The notes under the pieces: generated by a model
What the model was told of the DNA's origin: nothing
Databases searched by the model: none
Seen by the model: only the letters and a program-made list of their open reading frames with translations
Shown here: positions 18,901 to 25,415 of the stretch, one piece after another
Layout: each line of letters opens with the position of its first letter
Numbering within the stretch: position 1 is the first letter of the stretch
Program-made: the position numbers and the translations under genes
IMG/VR virus record: IMGVR_UViG_3300023214_000150
Coordinates: 1-45,755 of that record
Direction: 5' to 3' (one strand)
Source: a virus
Lineage: Duplodnaviria; Caudoviricetes
Length of the DNA stretch: 45,755 bases

Positions 18901-20548
18901 AAACCACTTCCCCCGCCAAGTGAAGCCCGACAAGTACCGGGCGTGGGCGGCTCGGTTGCAAGGCGAGGAAAGGTCCGAACTCGACCTGATGCTGGCTGAG
19001 GCCGCTCGCAAGACGGGCCGGGCTCTGACGGAAGCAGAGGAAGCGGAGATTGCTAATCGCTGGCTCGCGGGATACCGCCACACGAAGCCCGGTGAAACAT
19101 CCCCCCGTGTTCTGAGCCGCCGATCGGTGGAAGACCTGACGTTTGAGGACTGGCAGGAGTTCTATCAGACGGACCTCTCCCCGCTCTACACCTACTTCGA
19201 TCGCCTCATCTACTACACACACAAGGCCCGGCTGTTTGGCAAGGTCTCCCCTGAGGAGACGATGGAGGAGACTCTCGGCCGCATGATGGTCGAGGGCAAG
19301 TACGGGATTAACAAGCTCTCCCCTTACCAAAAAGAGCGGCTACGATCTGCCATCGGCTCGATCTTCACGGGCGGCGAACAGTCCCCGGCAGCGTTCTTCC
19401 GCTGGGCCCGGGACTTGGGGTACATGGGCACTTTGCTCGATCCTAGCTCGGCCGCGATTCAGTTCGGGGACCTCGCTCTGATTGCTGCCCGTGACGGCAC
19501 TCTCCCGATGCTCGATGCCCTGCCTCAAGCGATGCGGGAGAAGGTTCTCACAGCGAAGAACCTCGGCATGGAGCACTTGAGCGAGGAGTATGGTACGCAC
19601 GGCCAGATGGCGACCAGCCTCCGCCGGGGTTTCAAGTCGGTCGGGTTCCACGAGATCGACATTAGGGCTCTGACCGCCAACATGGTGTCCGCAGTTCGGC
19701 AGGCCCGACGACTAGCCAGTGCCCCGGAGACCTCCCGGCGGTTCAAGAATTGGACGGCCGAGTGGGGCCCGGTGTTCGGCGAAGAATTCCCCGCCCTCGT
19801 CCGCGACTTGCGGAACGGGGTCAACTCTGATCTTGTGCAGGACTATGCCTACATGCAGGCGTCGGAGACGCGACCGAATGACATCATGGATATGCCCGAG
19901 AACTACGCCCGGCACCGCAACGCCCGGATTCTGTGGCAACTGAAAGGCTTTGCCCTGAAACAGTTTGACTTCATCCGCAAGAGGGGGTACCGCAACATCG
20001 CCCGGGGCGTCCGGAACAACGATGCCAAACTCGCGTTTCAGGGCGTGGGGGAGTTGACCCGGGTGATGATGATACTGAGCGTCGCTGGTGCTACGTTCGA
20101 CTGGATCAGAGATTGGCTGCTCGGGCGGAATCCAGACTTTTCGGAATCGCTTGTGAACGGCCTCCTCTACACCCACCTCGGCAGCATCTACCTGCTGTCC
20201 GTCGCAGGTCGGGAGGGGCCGGGCTCGGCGATCGTGGATTTCGTTGAGCCCCCTGCCCCCGGTATGGTGGATCAGATGTGGCGGGACGTGAACAACGGCA
20301 CCTACACCTCGCTGAAGTATGTGCCGTTCGGGAAGACGATCTACTCGTTCACCCCGGAACACGAAGCAAAAATGAGCAAGTACGCCCGGCAGGACGCACT
20401 CAAAGCGGCGGCTCTGGCGTACAAGGACGGCGATGAAGCGGCGGCGAAAACCTACGTCAACGCCTTCAACGACGAGATGAAGAAGAAGGGCATCGAGAAG
20501 CGGCTGACCATGAGTTCGGTCCGACGCTCCGCCGCCCAACGAGATTGA
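15977..20548 (+). CDS. Large ejection (polyvalent) protein containing a GGDEF diguanylate-cyclase domain
   Basis: 1523 aa, last large gene of the virion module. Residues around 17810-18275 read EPLTGLGNK...LLFDAANLKAANDVYGHEGAD...RQGGDEFAVIL...LQRADSG. Confidence 0.85.
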   Translation: MMAKYRLTSPAGETYEITAPDDASQEQVLSYFQSQMQQGQQPEAPDRPRNPFVSPGEQQAPIEAEAQTPQYRTTENFRRVLREGGVSDQDFERLARTGITPGTATEFAAAHIQMRQQEREEEGRDRLNTREREAIHDLYKGLAGRDDLSSQDFFAQQQEYERQSRNETLFGRAQNFGLNVMSGLAAPTTSVVGLASPETAADLREQQQAAYNPGGGASGFAGQVVGEGANVAGALALGPYGMAALYGGRGAGRTRTDIEQRRQQGEEISGWQEALAAGGIGLVEGASGFVGHHLFRRIGNAMSRMGTENVTRTGIRRAISEGTRAAGLTGTEALEEAATELAVNKISQGTYDPDRAVTEGVAEAFVMGGILAPLGGQVMAKAQGSGVDGTAHTLDQKLRDRIRQRMERQARGEEEAEPTAEPAPPPATEETPGPEPVPQPTSVSEDGTRATFSAAADPNAEQNALRYAESVAEEVGEGSVEVRPLRRGTGFEVRVTEGLDEAKRAVEGFQDLSPTQRRKTVKEARQLGFDVSQKTMTPEAMLAVMKQRQGVEAEPEPVGQPEPPAEAAPDPVQTPAEQKLEQEDDNIGGLPLEKQVQKLKRLLNAERSKARTEPLTGLGNKLEYTETLSKFKQQTDETGRPFSVLLFDAANLKAANDVYGHEGADIFLKEIAKSLRSESETRDKDVVVTRQGGDEFAVILPNMTRKNANKVLERVEAAVGQQEIIPGLSMFLAGDVATYAKGGDLDAALQRADSGVEARKALRKKRLGEVTTRSEAEAAIAEWKKQQKTRTADELTDAVRNQGMPRDEAAQRMVDPEAVENQVERGTEGAFDPSNSDALLDAAVPQIERVEDESKVRQAVSKNVTPVGTVIRRWAPRLYGRIKQMQSRYRRDRHDADVQAHKLDTMLKKALSDEQRQRVLYNWQTGNFEEARQIIDANAASTAAEINGQLNDVLRIKDRARTEGVKAGLKIGMVENHFPRQVKPDKYRAWAARLQGEERSELDLMLAEAARKTGRALTEAEEAEIANRWLAGYRHTKPGETSPRVLSRRSVEDLTFEDWQEFYQTDLSPLYTYFDRLIYYTHKARLFGKVSPEETMEETLGRMMVEGKYGINKLSPYQKERLRSAIGSIFTGGEQSPAAFFRWARDLGYMGTLLDPSSAAIQFGDLALIAARDGTLPMLDALPQAMREKVLTAKNLGMEHLSEEYGTHGQMATSLRRGFKSVGFHEIDIRALTANMVSAVRQARRLASAPETSRRFKNWTAEWGPVFGEEFPALVRDLRNGVNSDLVQDYAYMQASETRPNDIMDMPENYARHRNARILWQLKGFALKQFDFIRKRGYRNIARGVRNNDAKLAFQGVGELTRVMMILSVAGATFDWIRDWLLGRNPDFSESLVNGLLYTHLGSIYLLSVAGREGPGSAIVDFVEPPAPGMVDQMWRDVNNGTYTSLKYVPFGKTIYSFTPEHEAKMSKYARQDALKAAALAYKDGDEAAAKTYVNAFNDEMKKKGIEKRLTMSSVRRSAAQRD

Positions 20549-20558
20549 GGAACTTCCG

Positions 20559-20852
20559 ATGACTGACAGCCAACCCCTGACCCAACCCCAATACCGCGAA
20601 GTTCAGCAGATCGCCGAGCTTGAGGTCCGGCGGTACTTTGACCACTATCTGAAAGACGTGTGGCCGGAGCAGCAGCAAGCCCTCAAGGACTACGCCGCCG
20701 CCCGGGTTCAGGCCCACGACGACTCCGAGACGGCCCACGGCAAGGTTGAGCGTCGGGTCAATCGGATCGTGTGGATGATTCTGGGGGCTGCGGTCGCGGG
20801 AGCGGGTGCAGGCGGGGGGCTTGTTCGGCTCGTGATGGGTCTCGCGGCGTGA
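20559..20852 (+). CDS. Small membrane protein (coiled coil plus C-terminal TM helix; holin/XhlA-like)
   Basis: GAGGA RBS; hydrophobic IVWMILGAAVAGAGAGGGLVRLVM. Confidence 0.65.
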   Translation: MTDSQPLTQPQYREVQQIAELEVRRYFDHYLKDVWPEQQQALKDYAAARVQAHDDSETAHGKVERRVNRIVWMILGAAVAGAGAGGGLVRLVMGLAA

Positions 20853-21102
20853 CTGTCTGATTCCACTCAATCACCCCCATCTGGGGCGGGAACGCGGTCT
20901 CGGGATGCCGTTCCTTCAAGGTCCGCCAATCAGTCCATGAAGCGAAGGCGTCGGCCAGTACCGGCCTCGGCACCTTCCTGATCGCCCCCTGACACTCCCA
21001 ATAGAGCACGCCACCGTCGTCGAGGATTTGGCGGATGGTATCGTACTCGAAGTCGAGTACGTTTAGACAGTCACCATCAACTGATGCGATCCACAAAGTC
21101 AT
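20758..21102 (-). CDS. Hypothetical protein (MTLWIASVDG...)
   Basis: GGAGG RBS before ATG 21102; overlaps the convergent + gene by 95 nt. Confidence 0.5.
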   Translation of the reverse strand: MTLWIASVDGDCLNVLDFEYDTIRQILDDGGVLYWECQGAIRKVPRPVLADAFASWTDWRTLKERHPETAFPPQMGVIEWNQTVTPRDPSRAEQAPRLHPLPRPQPPESSTRSD

Positions 21103-21289
21103 CAATCCAGCCCTCCGTCGTATAGAGCTTATTGACCTTGCGGGTGGACCGGAGCTTCTCGCCCCGGACCCCCCGCCTGATCCAGTTATACATGGTCTGC
21201 CGTGTGACTTCCACACCGTACTTGCGTTCGATGTACGCCGGAGCATCATTGATTTTGAGGAGCTTCGGCGGTGTCCGTGGCGTTGGCAT
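21077..21289 (-). CDS. HTH DNA-binding protein, DUF1580/excisionase-like
   Basis: VTRQTMYNWIRRGVRGEKLRS...YTTEGWIDDF pattern; TAAGGAG RBS. Confidence 0.75.
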   Translation of the reverse strand: MPTPRTPPKLLKINDAPAYIERKYGVEVTRQTMYNWIRRGVRGEKLRSTRKVNKLYTTEGWIDDFVDRIS

Positions 21290-21629
21290 GGCTTCTCCTT
21301 ACGGTCGTGCGGTAGCCGTCGTACCGCTGGGGGTCGTCTCCGTCTTTCAGCGAGCGGCCAGTCGCCCGGCCGTCCCAACTCGCCCACGGCACCGACTCAA
21401 ATCGCCGGGGGTGGAAGGTTCTACTCTCCTCGTCCACTTCGAGGCCCAGTAGCCATTCGCTGCCGTGTCGGCCTTCGACGCGGACAATGTAGCAGGGAAG
21501 GCCCCCGGGGGGCGTGAACCCCCCGAGGACTTCGGCCCGCCCCTCGCTGATCGCCCGGGCACAAGCCCGGGTCGGAGCGACGAGCGAGGCGATGAGGTCG
21601 CTGCGGTTGTGCAAAGGTCGCGGTTGCAT
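21246..21629 (-). CDS. Hypothetical protein
   Basis: ORF tiles the operon with a protein-like composition. Confidence 0.55.
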   Translation of the reverse strand: MQPRPLHNRSDLIASLVAPTRACARAISEGRAEVLGGFTPPGGLPCYIVRVEGRHGSEWLLGLEVDEESRTFHPRRFESVPWASWDGRATGRSLKDGDDPQRYDGYRTTVRRSHANATDTAEAPQNQ

Positions 21630-21635
21630 TTCGTT

Positions 21636-21959
21636 TCAATCCGCGTCTTGTTGGACAGGCCCAACGAAAAGGTTGCCAACGCCCCCGTTTTCGGGGTCAT
21701 CAGCATCCCTACCTTCGTAGTCACCGCCCGCCCCAGACGAGGGCGGGTCGTCCACTTCCGCGAGGGTGGTGAGAATATCCCCCTGCTCGGGATCGTCGTT
21801 GGCGAGGGCTTTGGCCCGCTCCACGAGTTGCTCCCGAAGGGCGTTCCGCTGCTCGATGTAGTCCCGCAGGGCCCCCTCATCGAAGTTGTTGGCTTCGGCC
21901 AGTCGGATCACGAGGTCGAGGGTCTTGAGCACGCTTTGGATCACAAGGGTCAGGTTCAT
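21636..21959 (-). CDS. Hypothetical protein with amphipathic N-terminal helix (lysis-cluster associated)
   Basis: AGGAG RBS; MNLTLVIQSVLKTLDLVIRLA helix. Confidence 0.65.
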   Translation of the reverse strand: MNLTLVIQSVLKTLDLVIRLAEANNFDEGALRDYIEQRNALREQLVERAKALANDDPEQGDILTTLAEVDDPPSSGAGGDYEGRDADDPENGGVGNLFVGPVQQDAD

Positions 21960-21991
21960 GGTGTTCTCCTGTGGTCGGGGGCCGGGGTCAG

Positions 21992-22342
21992 TTACTCCAA
22001 CGCCCGGGTAAGATATGGTTCGAGCCTGCCGAGTACCCGCCTGATGCGATCGAGCACAGAATCGGTGGGCAGGTCGGCGGCGACGGCGGCGTGGTATTCG
22101 TCAAGTAAGATGTCGCCGACTTCAATCAGGGGAAGGATGTCGTTCTCCCACGTCTCGGCGTCGAAGCGGCCGTCTTCGCGGGCTTCGATGAGTGCCTGAG
22201 TCGTGGCGATGAACGTGTCGTTCACCTGAGCGTACTGGACCTCCGGCTTCGGCGAACAGCCGACCATGTTGGTGGCGAAGATTGCCAGTGCCAATCCGAG
22301 GACGGCACCCCAAAAGACTGCCTCGAAGTTTCGGTCGTTCAT
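21992..22342 (-). CDS. Lipoprotein (possible spanin-like component)
   Basis: Hydrophobic signal peptide ending in lipobox MVGC; GGAGG RBS. Confidence 0.7.
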   Translation of the reverse strand: MNDRNFEAVFWGAVLGLALAIFATNMVGCSPKPEVQYAQVNDTFIATTQALIEAREDGRFDAETWENDILPLIEVGDILLDEYHAAVAADLPTDSVLDRIRRVLGRLEPYLTRALE

Positions 22343-22356
22343 GTGTACCTCCGATC

Positions 22357-22400
22357 AAAAAAAGGACGGGGGGCCGGGAACGCCCCGGCCCCCGGCATCC
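22357..22400 (-). terminator. Intrinsic terminator between the holin-like and lipoprotein genes
   Basis: Minus-strand GGGGGCCGGG...CCCGGCCCCC stem followed by T7. Confidence 0.8.
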
Positions 22401-22618
22401 TACTTCTTGGTGTCGTTCTTGACGCCGCTGCGGATCGTGGACGCGAGCACAGCCGTCGCAACAAGCTGGACAAGCTGGGGCAGGGTGAGCACTTCCTCGG
22501 TGCCGGGGACCGGCTCTCCGACGAGGTACGCAGCCACTGCCGTTACGACGGTCAGGGCCGAGACGATGTACGTCTTGTAGCCGCTGAGCACGCCCTTCTT
22601 GGGAGACTGGTTTGCCAT
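22400..22618 (-). CDS. Holin-like two-TM protein (72 aa)
   Basis: AGGAGG RBS; LSGYKTYIVSALTVVTAVAAYLVG...LVQLVATAVLASTIRSGVK with a basic tail. Confidence 0.7.
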   Translation of the reverse strand: MANQSPKKGVLSGYKTYIVSALTVVTAVAAYLVGEPVPGTEEVLTLPQLVQLVATAVLASTIRSGVKNDTKK

Positions 22619-22680
22619 GGTATTCCTCCTTTCTGGGTGAGTGTCTGCTTCTGGGCTGCGACCGAGGGCAGCCGTGCCTC

Positions 22681-24294
22681 TTACGCCCTCCACTTTCTGT
22701 TCTTCACGAACAGGAATGCTCGCTTGCCGTTGGGGTAGATGACGCCGTGGGCGTGCATCCAGTTCGACGGGCCCCGGTTGTAGCCCATGTCGAGATCGCC
22801 CATCACGCCCACGGTGTAACAGCCGTCGACGATCGAGGGGGTGTGGGTGTGGCCGGTGAACGTCTTGAACCCGAGCTTGCTGAACCCCCGGGGGCTGCCT
22901 CGTGAGCCGCTGGGCCCGGCGTGGCCGTGGATGCCGACCTCGACGCCCTCAATCTCGTAGCTCTCGTCGAGCTTCAAGAAGCGGGCCGGGGGATCACTGT
23001 CTCCCCGGTAGCTGTTGATGGCCCATTCCAGCGGATCGAACGGGGTGCCGTGCTTGTGATAGGCGACCATGACCGTCGCACACGCCAGATAGAACTCGGC
23101 GTTGATCGGGTCGTCCCGCCAGTCCGTTTCCCTGATCCACCGCTCCAGAGCCTCGTCGTGGTTGGACTTGACCACAGTGAACTTCGTCCCGGTACTCTCT
23201 TTCATTGCGGCCAGCCACCGAGACGCAGATTTCAGTTCATCCTCGACGCTGATATCTCGCACCTGTACCCGGAACAGTGGGTCCTTGATGTTGTGGTGAT
23301 TGCGGCTGCGGAAGTCGATCAGGTCGTGGATGATGGCTTCGCGGGGTTGGAGTGCCTGAAGAATCTGGGCTGCGATGGTGGATTGAGTGCCGTCCAGCTT
23401 CTCGTGATGCACGTCCCCGAGCACCACCGCCGAGATGCCGTCCCGGTTCTTCTCTACCATGCCGCCCTCGACCCGAAGGTCGAGCCAGTAGAAGCTGCCG
23501 TCCTCCCCGGCGTTCAGGTGGTGGACGTACCAGTGCCCGTCGCCCGTGACCTCGACGAGCAGGGCCCCGAGAACGTGGTGGAAGTGGGCAATCTGCCCCG
23601 CTTTCCGCTGGATGAACCGTCGCCGAGTGATGCTTCCGGTGGTGAGCATCTCCTTCGGCATGTGGCCTTTGCGGCTGGGGACGCACTGAAACGCGAATCG
23701 GTTGTGGGGCACGATGACCGAGGATCGGCCGCAGTAGGACTCCAGCCCGGCGAGCGGGTTCTTGGTGGTGGCCATGATGTCAAGCTCCCCGCAGAACGCG
23801 AGGCGGCGATGGAGGCGGCACCGCTCGTTCATGGCGTAGGGCACGACAGCTTTGTCCCACCAGAGCTTCCGCTGGCCGATGCGGGCCTCACCCTTGCGGA
23901 CTGGACCACGGTAGCCCTGACGGTCATAGATGGTGAAGCTGACGAGCAGTTCCGCATCGACCGACTCTGCCAGAGCTTCGAGGTTCTTGAGGAACCCTTC
24001 ATGGACCGAGACGTTGTTCTGGGCCGAGGTCAGGATGTACCGCCGGACGACATCCTCTCCCTCCCCCTGATGCTCGCTCCAGTAATCCCATGTATCGACA
24101 CCTTCCTCGCCGATGTGGGTGGCGGGCATGTCCTCGGGGTCCGGGACGTGGGCGTGCTCGGGTAGCTCAGGGTCGAAGTCTTTGAGCCGCCCCCTGATGG
24201 TCGACTCCGGCACCCCGATTTCTCGGGCGGCAGGTTTGTAACCGCCATACTGGCTGACGGCATCGTAGAGTTCTTGGTTCGTGAAGTCAGCCAA
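22681..24294 (-). CDS. Calcineurin-like metallophosphoesterase/nuclease with N-terminal HTH (resembles T5 A1-type proteins)
   Basis: GDVH, HDLIDF, SNHD, HGH and GHTH motifs; YILTSAQNN; N-terminal AAREIGVPESTIRGRL. Confidence 0.8.
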   Translation of the reverse strand: MADFTNQELYDAVSQYGGYKPAAREIGVPESTIRGRLKDFDPELPEHAHVPDPEDMPATHIGEEGVDTWDYWSEHQGEGEDVVRRYILTSAQNNVSVHEGFLKNLEALAESVDAELLVSFTIYDRQGYRGPVRKGEARIGQRKLWWDKAVVPYAMNERCRLHRRLAFCGELDIMATTKNPLAGLESYCGRSSVIVPHNRFAFQCVPSRKGHMPKEMLTTGSITRRRFIQRKAGQIAHFHHVLGALLVEVTGDGHWYVHHLNAGEDGSFYWLDLRVEGGMVEKNRDGISAVVLGDVHHEKLDGTQSTIAAQILQALQPREAIIHDLIDFRSRNHHNIKDPLFRVQVRDISVEDELKSASRWLAAMKESTGTKFTVVKSNHDEALERWIRETDWRDDPINAEFYLACATVMVAYHKHGTPFDPLEWAINSYRGDSDPPARFLKLDESYEIEGVEVGIHGHAGPSGSRGSPRGFSKLGFKTFTGHTHTPSIVDGCYTVGVMGDLDMGYNRGPSNWMHAHGVIYPNGKRAFLFVKNRKWRA

Positions 24295-24306
24295 GGTCTG
24301 CCCCTT

Positions 24307-25401
24307 CTATCGGCGTGTAGCGTTCTTGATGAGGTATCCGCTCACCGTGTTCAGAAGACTGAGGATGTCCACTTCCGTCAGGTTCTTGCCGGTCTGCCCA
24401 TCGAGCGTCCGAAGACCCAGCCATCGGGCGAGGAAGAATTCGGCCGTGGCCCCTGTGGACCTCTCCCAACCGGGCAACATGGCGATGGCGTCGCCATCCT
24501 CGCCTTTCAGCAGGTGTAGGGCGTGGAAGTCGCGGTACGCGAAGTCCCGGGCCATGTTGGGCTTGCCCACCGCTTGTTGCAGGTCGTCGTCGACCAAGTG
24601 CTCGTCGATCCCCGAGGCCCGGTCGATGTCAGCCGGGTTGATGACCGCCCACTCGCCCGTGGCCAACATCATGTCTCGGCACTGATCGAACGCGGGGAAG
24701 TTAAACCGATCGTATCCCCGCATGGGCCCGGCGACATAAACCCGCTTGAGCAAATAGCCGGGGTTCGGTCGGTTGGACGGCACGGACACCCCCTTGGCAA
24801 TTTCGCTGGCGACCGAAGGGCGGCATCCTGCGTCCACCGCTGAGTTTGTAATGGCGATTCTCAGTTCGGCAGGCAGGGGGCTCCCGGGCGACGACTCACC
24901 AGTGTACCCGGTTCCGCCCGACCTGTCAACATCCGGTTCGTTATCGGACAGGTCAGGCGGCTCAGCGAATCGTCCGGCCCTTGCGTCGGCCAAGCCCGCC
25001 TCGATGGACTCCCGTTCCTCTGGGGACAGGGAGCGGGGGTCTGCCTTCGTGTGATGCCTGATGAGGTCGGCTGCTCGCCCGGGGGAGGGCCGGTCGTCAA
25101 CCAACTTGTCGTTCGCCTCAGCGTCGAGCATGATGCCAAGACAGGCCCGGGCATGGGCGAGGTGGTTGGCCCCGCTCTCGGGGTCGATGGTCTGCCCGTC
25201 GTACCACGACGCCAGATGGCGGTACGCAGCCCCGGTGTAGACGCTGGCCGCGACGCTGTGCTGCCGCCAGTTGAATTCGCCGTATTTCTCAGCCCCGAGG
25301 CCCATCACGACGGATTCCTCGACCGTGGCCGTGGGCGGAATCAGGTGAAGCGGGGGCTTCGTCCGGCTGATCTTGTCTTTGGGGTTGGTGCTGTTGTCCA
25401 T
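24307..25401 (-). CDS. DUF5664 (dATP/dGTP diphosphohydrolase-like) fused to a DUF4406/nucleoside-deoxyribosyltransferase-like domain
   Basis: NPKD...GAEKYGEFNWR...RHL...DPESGANHLAHARAC, then YVAGPMRGYDRFNFPAF...INPA...LPGWERSTGATAE. Confidence 0.85.
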   Translation of the reverse strand: MDNSTNPKDKISRTKPPLHLIPPTATVEESVVMGLGAEKYGEFNWRQHSVAASVYTGAAYRHLASWYDGQTIDPESGANHLAHARACLGIMLDAEANDKLVDDRPSPGRAADLIRHHTKADPRSLSPEERESIEAGLADARAGRFAEPPDLSDNEPDVDRSGGTGYTGESSPGSPLPAELRIAITNSAVDAGCRPSVASEIAKGVSVPSNRPNPGYLLKRVYVAGPMRGYDRFNFPAFDQCRDMMLATGEWAVINPADIDRASGIDEHLVDDDLQQAVGKPNMARDFAYRDFHALHLLKGEDGDAIAMLPGWERSTGATAEFFLARWLGLRTLDGQTGKNLTEVDILSLLNTVSGYLIKNATRR

Positions 25402-25415
25402 AGTCAGGTCTCCTG

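Noticed and set aside
21077-21289. Excisionase implying a prophage
   Set aside because: No integrase, att-flanked host genes or repressor are seen; the HTH is more likely a regulator.
24307-25401. 2-aminoadenine (Z) genome pathway
   Set aside because: No PurZ/adenylosuccinate-synthetase-like or HD-domain dATPase gene is recognisable.
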